A DNA stretch of 64,000 bases from Candidatus Omnitrophota bacterium. Lineage in GTDB: Bacteria; Omnitrophota; Gorgyraeia; Gygaellales; Profunditerraquicolaceae. The position numbers and the translations under genes were made by a program. Within the stretch, counting starts at the first letter, position 1; each line of letters opens with the position of its first letter. Shown here piece after piece: positions 47,678 to 57,259 of this stretch. The notes under the pieces were generated by a model. It was given only the letters and a program-made list of their open reading frames with translations, was not told the origin of the DNA and searched no databases. The stretch lies in assembly GCA_028716245.1 (NCBI GenBank), contig JAQUQW010000002.1:357346-421345 (forward strand), in the 5' to 3' direction.

Positions 47678-47728
47678 GAGAAACCTTTGCCGGTGGGTTA
47701 TATCCACTGACAAAGGTTTCTCTTTTTA
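47678..47728 (+). terminator. intrinsic terminator after lemA
   Basis: GAGAAACCTTTG...CAAAGGTTTCTC 12-bp stem followed by TTTTTAT. Confidence 0.55.
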
Positions 47729-47747
47729 TAGAGGTTATTGGGTTAAA

Positions 47748-49574
47748 ATGTCGAATCTTTTACCGCAACAACTTTTTCAATTTGATCCGCTTTCACTATT
47801 CTTCCTTTGCGTCATCTTTATTGTTTGCCTGCCGTCAGCTATTTATTCCTTTGGCTACTTAAAAGGGAAATACTCATCTTTTAAAATAACCCTTTCCTGG
47901 TTTCTTCTGGTTATTTTTGTATTGTCCATGGCCGCTGTGGTCAGCGTAGGCAACGCCTTAATCTTTCTTGTTGCCTGGGAAATCATGTCTCTGGTTTCTT
48001 ACTTTCTGGTGGTTTTTGATACTACCCATGAAAAATCAATCCAGGCCGGCATGGTTTATATAATCATGACCCATATCGGAACGGCGTTTTTGGTAGCGGC
48101 GTTTTTGATCCTGTATAAACAGGCGCATTCATTTGATTTTATGGCGATAAAAAATGCCAGCCTTTCTATGCCGGCCCGGACAAAAGATATTGTTTTTTTG
48201 TTACTCTTAGCGGGCTTTGGGACAAAAGCCGGTATCGTGCCTTTACATGTTTGGCTGCCTTACGCTCACCCGCAGGCCCCCAGCCATATTTCAAGTATTA
48301 TGTCCGGGGTAATGATTAAGACCGCAATCTACGGGATAATCCGGTTTGTCATTTTCTTGCTGGGCGTGAATTCTTCCTGGTGGGGAATCCTGATTTTAAC
48401 CTTAGCGGTAATTTCTTGTCTGGTGGGAATAATTTACGCGCTCATGGATCGCGACATCAAGAGGCTTCTGGCTTATTCCAGCGTGGAAAATATCGGAATA
48501 ATCCTGTTGGGGGTGGGCCTGGCAATGCTATTTATATCTAAGAACATGCCGTATTTAGCCGTATTTTCGCTAATTGCCGGATTGTATCATTTGGTAAATC
48601 ACGCGATTTTTAAAGGGCTTTTATTTTTATGCGTCGGCAGCGTATATAAAGCTACCGGAACCCGCAATATTGAAAAGTTAGGGGGCCTGATTAAGAAAAT
48701 GCCGCAGACCGCCGCTTATTTTTTGCTCGGGGCAATGGCGATTTCCGCCCTGCCTCCTTTGAATGGTTTTGTGAGCGAATGGCTTACCTTGCAGGCATTC
48801 TTTTTAGGCGCGTTTAATTCAGCAGGAGGGATGAAGCTTTTCTTGGGGATTTGCGCGGCGCTATTGGCTTTAACCGGCGGCTTGGCCGCTGCCTGTTTTG
48901 TCAAGGCCTTTGGAGTGGCGTTTCTTGGCCTGCCAAGGAGCCATTATGCTGAAAGCGCAAGAGAAGTATCTTTATCGATGAGGCTGGGCATGTTTTTCTT
49001 ATCGCTGCTTGCGGTTATTTTTGGTTTAGCCGCAAGTTTAATCATTAAATTATTGGCCAGGGTTGCCGGTACGGCAATAAATATTGATATTAGCAGCATG
49101 AATTTTTCTTTAAATAATTTCACCCTAAGCCCGCAGATCGGTAAAAATACCTATCTTTCTGCGCCTTTACTTGGGTTATGGCTGATTGTTTTTGGGGTTG
49201 CCGGTTTTGCCATCTATAAAATATTTGCCCGGGGCAGGCGGGTTTATAAAACCTGGGATTGCGGCTACTACAAATTGGACGCGCGTAATGAATACACCGC
49301 GACCGCTTTTTCTAAGCCGTTCAGGATTGCTTTTAGTTTCTTTTTGCTGCCTTACCGCAAAACGCAAAAGATCCGGGAGTCATTTTATCACGTTAAATCG
49401 ATCACCTATGAAACCTACACAACTAAGGTTTTTAAAAAGTACATTTATGACCCTTTGCTGGCTTTAATTTTTAAATCCGCCAAGTCAATGCGGCGCCTTC
49501 AGCCGGGCAGCATCCATCTGTATCTGGGTTATATTTTTGTTACTTTATTATTGTTAATTATATTTATGCGTTAA
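47748..49574 (+). CDS. group-4 hydrogenase-like complex antiporter-type membrane subunit (HyfB/NuoL-like)
   Basis: 608-aa polytopic protein with conserved NuoL/M/N-type TM-region motifs. Confidence 0.65.
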   Translation: MSNLLPQQLFQFDPLSLFFLCVIFIVCLPSAIYSFGYLKGKYSSFKITLSWFLLVIFVLSMAAVVSVGNALIFLVAWEIMSLVSYFLVVFDTTHEKSIQAGMVYIIMTHIGTAFLVAAFLILYKQAHSFDFMAIKNASLSMPARTKDIVFLLLLAGFGTKAGIVPLHVWLPYAHPQAPSHISSIMSGVMIKTAIYGIIRFVIFLLGVNSSWWGILILTLAVISCLVGIIYALMDRDIKRLLAYSSVENIGIILLGVGLAMLFISKNMPYLAVFSLIAGLYHLVNHAIFKGLLFLCVGSVYKATGTRNIEKLGGLIKKMPQTAAYFLLGAMAISALPPLNGFVSEWLTLQAFFLGAFNSAGGMKLFLGICAALLALTGGLAAACFVKAFGVAFLGLPRSHYAESAREVSLSMRLGMFFLSLLAVIFGLAASLIIKLLARVAGTAINIDISSMNFSLNNFTLSPQIGKNTYLSAPLLGLWLIVFGVAGFAIYKIFARGRRVYKTWDCGYYKLDARNEYTATAFSKPFRIAFSFFLLPYRKTQKIRESFYHVKSITYETYTTKVFKKYIYDPLLALIFKSAKSMRRLQPGSIHLYLGYIFVTLLLLIIFMR

Positions 49575-49583
49575 TTCTAAAAA

Positions 49584-50477
49584 ATGGAAATAATCATAAT
49601 CATCGCCCAATTAATTTTATTTATCGTAATCGCCCCGCTTTTAAGCGGCTTGATCTCTAAGCTTAAGAATAATATCCGCATGCGCAAAGGCCAGAGTATT
49701 TTTCAGCCGTATTATAATTTAGCAAAGCTTTTTTCTAAAGAAGAGGTAGTTTCGGAAACCGCCTCCTGGATATTTAAGGTTACCCCGTTTATCGTGTTTT
49801 CTGCGATGCTTACCGCGGCAATACTCATTCCGGTGTTTATCGCCAGCCCCCTGCATCGCATGGGAGATTTTTTAGCCCTGATATTTATTTTTGCTTTAGG
49901 CCGGTTTTTTATGGCCTTGGCGGCATTAGACACCGGCAGTTCTTTCGGCGGCCTGGGCGCGTCAAGAGAAATGTTTATTTCAAGCTTGGTTGAACCGGCG
50001 CTTTGTTTAGTCGTGTTTTCCATATTTTTACAATTTGGTTCCACGGATATCTCGGTGTTTGGCGCGGCTCATCCGGTATCGGTTTGTTCGATTGTCGCTG
50101 CTTTTGCTTTATTTATGGTTACGCTTGCCGAAACTTCCCGGATCCCCGTGGATAATCAGGAGACGCACCTGGAATTGACCATGGTGCATGAGGCGATGGC
50201 TTTGGAATATTCGGGAAGATTCCTGGCTTTCATAGAGCTGTCTTCACATATAAAACAGATGATTTTATTTTTTCTGATTGCGCAGTTAATTTTTCCGGTT
50301 AATTTTTCCGGTTTTTGGATCGGGTGGTATTTGGCGCGGATAATGATCATCGTGATTGCTGTGGCGCTGGTTGAGGTTGCGGTTGCCAAGATGCGCTTAT
50401 TCAGAGTAACGGATTTTTTGGGAATTGCTTTTGTTCTAGGGATGATCGCCGTAGTCTGCGCGGTGTTAGGAGTTTAA
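49584..50477 (+). CDS. group-4 hydrogenase-like complex membrane subunit (HyfC/HycD/NuoH-like)
   Basis: 297-aa NuoH-like polytopic protein; position after the NuoL-like gene. Confidence 0.65.
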   Translation: MEIIIIIAQLILFIVIAPLLSGLISKLKNNIRMRKGQSIFQPYYNLAKLFSKEEVVSETASWIFKVTPFIVFSAMLTAAILIPVFIASPLHRMGDFLALIFIFALGRFFMALAALDTGSSFGGLGASREMFISSLVEPALCLVVFSIFLQFGSTDISVFGAAHPVSVCSIVAAFALFMVTLAETSRIPVDNQETHLELTMVHEAMALEYSGRFLAFIELSSHIKQMILFFLIAQLIFPVNFSGFWIGWYLARIMIIVIAVALVEVAVAKMRLFRVTDFLGIAFVLGMIAVVCAVLGV

Positions 50478-50478
50478 G

Positions 50479-51114
50479 ATGAAGGAAATTATCCTGCTGG
50501 GTATTTTGATCTCAACATATTTTATGATTATTGCCAAAAGGATGCCGGCTTTGATCCGTTCTTTCCGATATCAGTCATTTTTTTTATTCCTGGCAACTTT
50601 TGTCATCGCCTGGGGGGAAGATCAGCCGGATCTGTATATTATCTGCGGACTCCTGTTTATTATAAAAGTATCGCTGATTCCTTATTTATTGTATAGGATT
50701 ACCAATAAGATAAAGGCAGGCCAGGATTTGGGATTGATTGTAAATTCCCAATTATCTTTATTGTGCGCTTTAGGTTTTACGTATTTGGCCTGGATTTTTT
50801 CCGCGCACCTGTTTTCTGACCTAAACCAGGCGATGGTGAGTATTCTGGCGGTAGCTTTTTTTATGGTTTTAACGGGGTTATTTTTAATGATTTCCAGGAT
50901 GACCGCGCTTGCCCAGGTGGTCGGCCTTCTGGTTATGGAAAATGGTTTATTTCTGCTTGCTTCCACTGTTTCGGGAGGTATGCCATTTTTTGTCGAAATT
51001 GCCATATTTTTTGATGTGTTTATCAGCGTAGTGATCATGGGTTTTTTTGTTTATCGGATCAATAAGCTCTTTACGCACATTGACGTAGATAAGCTTTCGC
51101 ATTTAAGAGGATAA
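50479..51114 (+). CDS. small membrane subunit (HyfE-like)
   Basis: 211 aa, 6-7 TM; operon position. Confidence 0.5.
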   Translation: MKEIILLGILISTYFMIIAKRMPALIRSFRYQSFFLFLATFVIAWGEDQPDLYIICGLLFIIKVSLIPYLLYRITNKIKAGQDLGLIVNSQLSLLCALGFTYLAWIFSAHLFSDLNQAMVSILAVAFFMVLTGLFLMISRMTALAQVVGLLVMENGLFLLASTVSGGMPFFVEIAIFFDVFISVVIMGFFVYRINKLFTHIDVDKLSHLRG

Positions 51115-51117
51115 GTT

Positions 51118-52575
51118 ATGCAGGTATTTTTCATTTTAGGAATTCCGTTTGTACTTGCCATAAGCGCCCTGTTGATTAAAAACAGGAAGATCCTGGGGTT
51201 GCTGAATTGCCTGGGGTATCTGGCGGTTTTATTTTTTAGTACTGTCCTGCTAAAACAAATAGCTTTATCGGAAGGCACCAGGGCATATTTGGGTTTTATC
51301 TACCTGGATACTTTAAGCGTATTTTTTATCCTGGTTACCTCCGTCGTTGCTTTGGCTGTGGCGTTATATTCTATCGGCTATCTAAAAAAAGATATAGAAG
51401 AGGGCCGGATATCGGAAAGAAAATCCAGGATCTATTACCTTCTTTTTAATTTATTTTGCTGTTCGATGTTTGTTGTCCCGGCAGTTAATAATCTGGGGAT
51501 ACTTTGGGTAGCAATTGAGATGACGACTTTACTTTCGGCTTTTTTGGTAGGATTTTATAATACCAAGAAGTCGATTGAAGCAGCCTGGAAGTATATTATT
51601 ATTTGTTCGGTGGGGATAATTTTTGCGCTCCTGGGCACAATTCTTTTTTCTTACGCATTCTCCATCTCCGGTCTTTCCAAAAGCCTGAATTGGTCGGATA
51701 TTGTCCCGGTTGCCCACATTTTGGATAAAGATATCTTAAAAATCGCTTTTATTTTTATTTTAGTCGGCTATGGGACAAAGGCCGGTTTGGCGCCGATGCA
51801 TACCTGGCTGCCCGACGCCCACAGCCAGGCGCCTGCTCCGATCAGCGCGTTACTTTCCGGGGTATTATTAAAGATGGCCATTTACGCTATCTTAAGGTTC
51901 GGTATTATCACGATCAAGGGCGTGGGTTTTGCTTATTTTTCCAATTTAATGATTTTACTGGGCGTAGTTTCTTTGGTGATATCCAGCGGATTTATTCTGG
52001 TGCAAAAGGACTTTAAAAGGCTGCTTGCTTATAGCAGTATCGAGCATATCGGGATAATTGCCATTGGTTTTGGTTTAGGCACTCCTTTGGCGGTTGCCGG
52101 AGCAGCTTTGCATGTATTTAATCACGCGGTAGCTAAGTCGCTGATGTTTTTTGGCGCCGGCAATATTGTCGGTGTTTACAAAAAGCATAATCTGAATGCT
52201 ATCCGGGGAGTGATCAAGGTCTTGCCGTTTACGGGCATTGCGGTATTGATCGGCGTTTTTGTGCTTACGGGATTTCCCCCGTTTTCGTTATTTGTAAGCG
52301 AGATGATGATTATAATTTCCGCTTTTACCAATGGTTCATATTTGGTCGGGGCTTTGTTGTTATTATTTCTTGCGGTTATTTTTGGAGGGTTCATTTATCA
52401 TTTTGGAAAAATGCTTTTTGGCAATCTTCCTAAAGGTATGACTAGGGCCCAGGAGCCGTTAAGTACAAAAATTGCGTTCATCTTTTTGTTTTTTCCCGTT
52501 TGCGCTTTAGGGATTACGTTGTTATTTATAAATAAGGATTGGTTATGGCTGGCCCAGAGATTATTACAGAGATAA
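51118..52575 (+). CDS. antiporter-type membrane subunit (HyfF/NuoM/N-like)
   Basis: 485 aa; conserved motifs WLPDAHSQAP / MFFGAGN. Confidence 0.65.
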   Translation: MQVFFILGIPFVLAISALLIKNRKILGLLNCLGYLAVLFFSTVLLKQIALSEGTRAYLGFIYLDTLSVFFILVTSVVALAVALYSIGYLKKDIEEGRISERKSRIYYLLFNLFCCSMFVVPAVNNLGILWVAIEMTTLLSAFLVGFYNTKKSIEAAWKYIIICSVGIIFALLGTILFSYAFSISGLSKSLNWSDIVPVAHILDKDILKIAFIFILVGYGTKAGLAPMHTWLPDAHSQAPAPISALLSGVLLKMAIYAILRFGIITIKGVGFAYFSNLMILLGVVSLVISSGFILVQKDFKRLLAYSSIEHIGIIAIGFGLGTPLAVAGAALHVFNHAVAKSLMFFGAGNIVGVYKKHNLNAIRGVIKVLPFTGIAVLIGVFVLTGFPPFSLFVSEMMIIISAFTNGSYLVGALLLLFLAVIFGGFIYHFGKMLFGNLPKGMTRAQEPLSTKIAFIFLFFPVCALGITLLFINKDWLWLAQRLLQR

Positions 52576-54122
52576 AAAATAAAATTCCGGATTTTGCTCC
52601 TCTTGCGGTATTACAAAATTACCCGGATGAAATTAATATTAAGGTCAGAGCGCAGGTTTTTAAGGATACTTGCCTGGCCCTGCATAAAATCCTTTCTTCT
52701 CCGGTTGCGGCGCTTTTCGCTTTGGATGAGCGCAAGGAAAGCGGGTGTTTTGAAATTAATTCCATATTTGTGGATTTTAAAAATAGCCGTTGGATCACGG
52801 TCAATATGGATATCCCGCAGGAAAACCCCGGTTTTGATTCACTGGCAAAAAGTATGTATTCAGCCAGCCTCTTTGAAAGAGAGATTTGGGAGATGTTTGG
52901 GATCCAGCCAAAAGGCCATCCTGACCTAAGGAGGCTAAGGCTGCATAATGAAGTTTGGGCCAACGAGAATTATCCCTTACGTAAAGATTTCCGGAAAATG
53001 CAATCCGGTAATTTAAGTGATTATAAGTTTGGCCGGGTAGAAGGGGATGGTATATTTGAAGTTCCGGTTGGGCCGGTGCATGCCGGGATTATCGGGCCGG
53101 GGCATTTCAGGTTCAGCGTTGCCGGAGAGCCGATTATAAACTTGGAGCTTCGTATGGGGTTTGCGCATCGGGGAGTAGAGAAGCTTTTTGAGGGTAAGCT
53201 TTGCGATGACGCGCTTGGGCTGTCAGAATGTGTTTGCGGGGATTCAAGCTTTGCGCACAGCCTGGCATTCACTCAGGCCATCGAGAAGATCTCGGGTGTA
53301 GTGATTCCGGAGCGAGCGGCTTATTTAAGAGGGATTTTTTTAGAGTTGGAGCGTATGTATAATCATATAAATGATATGGGAGGAATCGCCACTGATGTGG
53401 GTTTTAGTTTTCCCTCGGTTTTTGCTTCGATCATTAAAGAGGCGATCTTGCAATTAAACGCCCGGCTTACCGGAAATAGGTATCTGAGAAAGGTTAATAC
53501 CATCGGAGGAGTTTTAGCAAATATTGATGAAACCAAGAAACAGGTGCTCCTCGATTCGATTAAGCATTTAAAGCGGGATTTTAATGAATTGGTTAAAATG
53601 TTATATTCCAGCGTTTCTTTCATGGATAGAGTGGATACCACCGGGGTTTTGCGCCGGAAAACCGCTGAGGACTTGGGTGTTGTCGGGCTCACCGCGCGGG
53701 CATCAGGTATTCCTGCGGATTTGAGAAAATATTTTTCCGGGTTATACAAGGAAGCTAAATTTAAAATGGCGACGCAGGAATCCGGAGATGTTTTGGCCAG
53801 ACTGCGCGTCAGGATCTCTGAATTTCAAGAATCCTGCCGTTTGATCGAAGAATTTGCGGCAAGGCTTAATAAAGGCGGAAAATTAAAAACTGAGCCGGAA
53901 TTAAAGGCAGGCAGCGCTTTGGGTTATGCCGAAGGTTGGAGGGGGCCGGTTTTATACTGGTTTAAAATAGACCCCGCGGGCTTGATCCAGAGGTGCAAAA
54001 TAGTTGACCCGTCTTTTCTTAACTGGCAGGGGCTGGCCTATGCCGTATTAGGCAATATTATCCCGGATTTTCCGTTGTGTAACAAAAGCTTTGATTTGTC
54101 CTACGCAGGAAACGATCTCTAA
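52539..54122 (+). CDS. fused NuoC-NuoD-like large subunit (HycE/HyfG-like) with non-canonical NiFe-site cysteines
   Basis: NuoD/large-subunit motifs GPVHAGIIGPGHFRF, RMGFAHRGVEK; expected RxCGxCxxxH is ECVCGDSSFAH; expected C-terminal DPCxxCxxR is DFPLCNKSF (one Cys). Confidence 0.7.
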   Translation: MVMAGPEIITEIKNKIPDFAPLAVLQNYPDEINIKVRAQVFKDTCLALHKILSSPVAALFALDERKESGCFEINSIFVDFKNSRWITVNMDIPQENPGFDSLAKSMYSASLFEREIWEMFGIQPKGHPDLRRLRLHNEVWANENYPLRKDFRKMQSGNLSDYKFGRVEGDGIFEVPVGPVHAGIIGPGHFRFSVAGEPIINLELRMGFAHRGVEKLFEGKLCDDALGLSECVCGDSSFAHSLAFTQAIEKISGVVIPERAAYLRGIFLELERMYNHINDMGGIATDVGFSFPSVFASIIKEAILQLNARLTGNRYLRKVNTIGGVLANIDETKKQVLLDSIKHLKRDFNELVKMLYSSVSFMDRVDTTGVLRRKTAEDLGVVGLTARASGIPADLRKYFSGLYKEAKFKMATQESGDVLARLRVRISEFQESCRLIEEFAARLNKGGKLKTEPELKAGSALGYAEGWRGPVLYWFKIDPAGLIQRCKIVDPSFLNWQGLAYAVLGNIIPDFPLCNKSFDLSYAGNDL

Positions 54123-54125
54123 ATT

Positions 54126-54638
54126 ATGCTAAATATACTAAAAAACAGGATCTTAAAAGGTATCGTCACCAGGCATATTAGGCCGGAATTATCTAAAGAG
54201 ATAGAGGCGGCTGGTTCTGAATTACGGTCTTTGATCCGGAAAAAATTCGGCAGATCTTTACATATACGCGAAATCGACACGGGTTCTTGCGGAGCCTGTG
54301 AATCCGAGATCATTGCGGCAAATAACCCGATTTATGACTTACAGCGATTCGGGATTAATTTCGTCGCCTCGCCCCGTCATGCCGACTGTCTTTTAGTTAC
54401 CGGCCCCGTATCTAAAAATATGTTGATTGCCCTCAAAAAAACCTATGCAGCCATGCCTGAGCCTAAATTTGTCATCACCTGTGGAGATTGCGCTTTAGAC
54501 GGAGGGTCGTTTAAAGGTTCTTATTACGTGGAAGGCGCTGTAAAGGATATACTGCCGGTGGTCTTGCATATTTCAGGCTGTCCCCCAAGTCCGCTGCAAA
54601 TTATATTATCCCTGAATATTCTATTGCAGAAAGCCTAA
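54126..54638 (+). CDS. NuoB-like small subunit (HycG/HyfI-like) with [4Fe-4S] cysteines
   Basis: GSCGACE, GDCALDGG, SGCPPSP motifs. Confidence 0.75.
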   Translation: MLNILKNRILKGIVTRHIRPELSKEIEAAGSELRSLIRKKFGRSLHIREIDTGSCGACESEIIAANNPIYDLQRFGINFVASPRHADCLLVTGPVSKNMLIALKKTYAAMPEPKFVITCGDCALDGGSFKGSYYVEGAVKDILPVVLHISGCPPSPLQIILSLNILLQKA

Positions 54639-54656
54639 AAAATACTTGACATTTAT

Positions 54657-55019
54657 TTGAGGATAGGTTATACTTCTATTGTTATGGAACTATCAAACTA
54701 CCTAAAGATATTTAAAGCTTTATCCAACGAACAGCGGCTTAAGATTTTTATTATGATTTACAAAGGCTGTTGTTCGACGCAGGGCAAGAAAGGTTCGGAA
54801 TTCCGGATAGAAAATAAAGCCTGTTGCCCGGTAGCCGGGGTTATTGAAAAAGCTTTTACCAAGGTATGCGCGTGTATGCATCTTTCAAAGTCGACAGTCT
54901 CACATCATTTTAAAGAACTGCAAAACGCCGGGCTGATTACCTGTGAACGGGATGGGCAAATGTATCGTTGCAAGGTTAATGATGAAACAATTAATTTGAT
55001 CAAAGATTTCCTGAAATAA
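54657..55019 (+). CDS. ArsR/SmtB-family metal(loid)-responsive repressor with Cys-rich insert
   Basis: wHTH ...LSKSTVSHHFKELQNAGLI...; CC pairs at GCCSTQG and KACCPV plus CACMH. Confidence 0.6.
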   Translation: MRIGYTSIVMELSNYLKIFKALSNEQRLKIFIMIYKGCCSTQGKKGSEFRIENKACCPVAGVIEKAFTKVCACMHLSKSTVSHHFKELQNAGLITCERDGQMYRCKVNDETINLIKDFLK

Positions 55020-55120
55020 TTTTTTTGTCTTTATAGTTCGACAGTACTGGAACAATAGAATGCGCCCTGCGCTATCGGAAGCGCAGGCATGCCCTTGTGG
55101 GCAAAAAGGAGGTGATTGGA

Positions 55121-55291
55121 ATGTTTAACTGTTGCGGCAAAGATGGAAAGTCTATTTGCGAACAGCTTGATTGTAATGCAAAAGAAACGCCAAAAGGCAT
55201 TCAAGTTGAAATAAGCGCAAAAGACCCTGCTAAGACGGAATCGTTGAAGGCCTTGATAAAAGCTCTTCATGATTTCTGCGGATGTTCTTAA
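55121..55291 (+). CDS. small Cys-rich protein (56 aa)
   Basis: GGAGG RBS 8 nt upstream; MFNCCGK...CEQLDC...FCGCS; no family assignable. Confidence 0.3.
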   Translation: MFNCCGKDGKSICEQLDCNAKETPKGIQVEISAKDPAKTESLKALIKALHDFCGCS

Positions 55292-55379
55292 GGTAGATAA
55301 TGTCGGGAGGTGGGCCCGCTTCCCGGCATTTCTCGAATCTAAGATGCTATTAAAAAATATTTAGAACCGGGAGTAAAAA

Positions 55380-55883
55380 ATGACTGAGAAAAAACGCTCT
55401 GGAATTAATCGGCGGGGAGTTAGCAAATATAAAACTGTCAGAATAGCAAAAACCGATAATGTCTGTCCGATGTGCGAAGATTACGCCAAGAAACATGCGG
55501 CTAAACCAATTGCGGTAATATGTTGCGAGGGCGCTTGTTTACGCGGTGAAATGGCCAGGCAGGCGGCCAATATTTTATGCCATTCTCTTGCCTCTGAGAA
55601 AACCGCCCGGATTTGTTTAGGGGGCGCTTTTACTAAAGATACAGGACAAAGAAATTTAGTGAAAAACGCTAAAAGGGTCATTGTACTGGAAGGTTGTTTT
55701 ATCAAGTGCGCTTCACGGATGATGGCGGGAGTAGTTAAGAAGTTTAATCCAGAGGTCATTATAGCCGATGAGCTTTATGATTTTAACCGGAATCTCTTCA
55801 GCATCGATGAAATGCCTGAAGATCAAATAAAAATTCAGGCAAAAGAAGTGGCAAAAAAAGTTGCTGAAAAATTATATAAATAA
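55380..55883 (+). CDS. putative zinc-binding DGC-domain protein
   Basis: CPMC ... VICCEGACLRGEMARQAA ... VLEGCFIKCASRMM resembles the DGC-domain cysteine pattern as I recall it. Confidence 0.45.
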   Translation: MTEKKRSGINRRGVSKYKTVRIAKTDNVCPMCEDYAKKHAAKPIAVICCEGACLRGEMARQAANILCHSLASEKTARICLGGAFTKDTGQRNLVKNAKRVIVLEGCFIKCASRMMAGVVKKFNPEVIIADELYDFNRNLFSIDEMPEDQIKIQAKEVAKKVAEKLYK

Positions 55884-55897
55884 CTGCGGAGAGAAAT

Positions 55898-56563
55898 ATG
55901 GAAAATCTAAAAAGTAAAGATGGAATAATTGAGGCGCCTGTAGAAGTGGATAGAATAAGAGAAAAATATAATTGGATGAGCAAAATTTATTTTCTGGCAA
56001 CCCCGCTGGAAAAGAAAGCCCGGATGAGAGAAATTGAATTGGCGCAAATCAAATCCAATGATAAAGTTTTGAAAATCGCCGTGGGTCTCGGACAATCATT
56101 CTTGGAATTTCTAAAAAAAGTTGACACAAAGAATATCGTCTATGGGATTGATTTGACCCCGGCTATGATTGAGAAAACAAGAAAACGGGTAATGCGAAAC
56201 GGTTTTTCTAATTTTGAATTGAAAGAGGGCGACGCCAGGCATTTGCCATTTCCAGGTGAAAGTTTTGATGTTCTTTATAATAGCTATATGTTGGATTTTA
56301 TTCCGCTTGCAGATTTTTCTGTCGTGCTGAGAGAGTTCTACCGGGTTCTTAAGAAAGAGGGACGCTTGGTATTGGTTAACCTTAGCAAAAGAGATAGCTC
56401 CCTGGTTTTTTACGAAAGGCCATATAAATTAAGTCCATATTTTTGGGGAGGTTGCCGTCCTGTTTTAATGGAGTCTTTCGTAAAGGAGGCGGGGTTCAGA
56501 AATGTTATAAGAGAGATCCCAAGGAATCTTTTGCCATCAGAGATTGTTAGTGGATTAAAGTGA
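55898..56563 (+). CDS. class I SAM-dependent methyltransferase (Methyltransf_11/UbiE-like)
   Basis: Motif I VLKIAVGLGQ, motif post-I IDLTPAMI, motif II FDVLYNSYML. Confidence 0.65.
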   Translation: MENLKSKDGIIEAPVEVDRIREKYNWMSKIYFLATPLEKKARMREIELAQIKSNDKVLKIAVGLGQSFLEFLKKVDTKNIVYGIDLTPAMIEKTRKRVMRNGFSNFELKEGDARHLPFPGESFDVLYNSYMLDFIPLADFSVVLREFYRVLKKEGRLVLVNLSKRDSSLVFYERPYKLSPYFWGGCRPVLMESFVKEAGFRNVIREIPRNLLPSEIVSGLK

Positions 56564-56930
56564 GGTTGTTAATCTCTCTAAGTAAATATTCCAGGTCGCA
56601 GGGTTTTTCAATATATTTTATTGCCGCCCCCGGCATTGTCCGGATTATTTCTCCGGGTTCATGCGATGACAAAATAATAATCGGGATATCCTGAGTATCG
56701 GGGTTTTCCTTTAATTGTTTGCATACCTCTAAGCCGTCCAGCACCGGCATTACAATATCCAGAATTATGATGTTGGGTTTGTCCTGCCCTATTTTCTCCA
56801 GCGCTTCTTTCCCATTGCTTGCGCCTTCAGAAATAAACCCCCTTCTTTGGAGTAAACCAACGATACAGTTTTTGATACAATCTTCGTCATCCACAACCAA
56901 AATCTTTATTTTTTTCTTTTCTGTGCTCAT
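56547..56930 (-). CDS. stand-alone response-regulator receiver domain protein
   Basis: KILVVDDE ... IILDIVMPVLDG ... receiver motifs; no output domain. Confidence 0.7.
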   Translation of the reverse strand: MSTEKKKIKILVVDDEDCIKNCIVGLLQRRGFISEGASNGKEALEKIGQDKPNIIILDIVMPVLDGLEVCKQLKENPDTQDIPIIILSSHEPGEIIRTMPGAAIKYIEKPCDLEYLLREINNLTLIH

Positions 56931-57011
56931 ATTTATCCTTCGTAGTATGATATTCCATTTTGGAATATCATTAAAATAAGTGTATCATTAAAAATCAAAG
57001 GTGTCAACTGA

Positions 57012-57233
57012 ATGGATAAAACTATTTTTACAAAAAGCCACAAGGACCTGGTTGCCAGGTTGATCAAGGCCCGCAGAGAAGCAAAGCTCAGGCAGGCCGA
57101 TGCAGCCGGTAAATTAGGCAAAACACAATCCTATATTTCCAAGATAGAGGCAGGGCAGCGCCGTATTGATATTGTGCAGCTGAAAGAACTTGCTGCGGTC
57201 TATAAAAAGAAAGTCAGCCACTTCATTCAGTAA
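57012..57233 (+). CDS. XRE-family HTH transcriptional regulator
   Basis: HTH_3 pattern QADAAGKLGKTQSYISKIEAGQR. Confidence 0.6.
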   Translation: MDKTIFTKSHKDLVARLIKARREAKLRQADAAGKLGKTQSYISKIEAGQRRIDIVQLKELAAVYKKKVSHFIQ

Positions 57234-57259
57234 GAATCGCCGGTATTTCCTCCGGGGGT

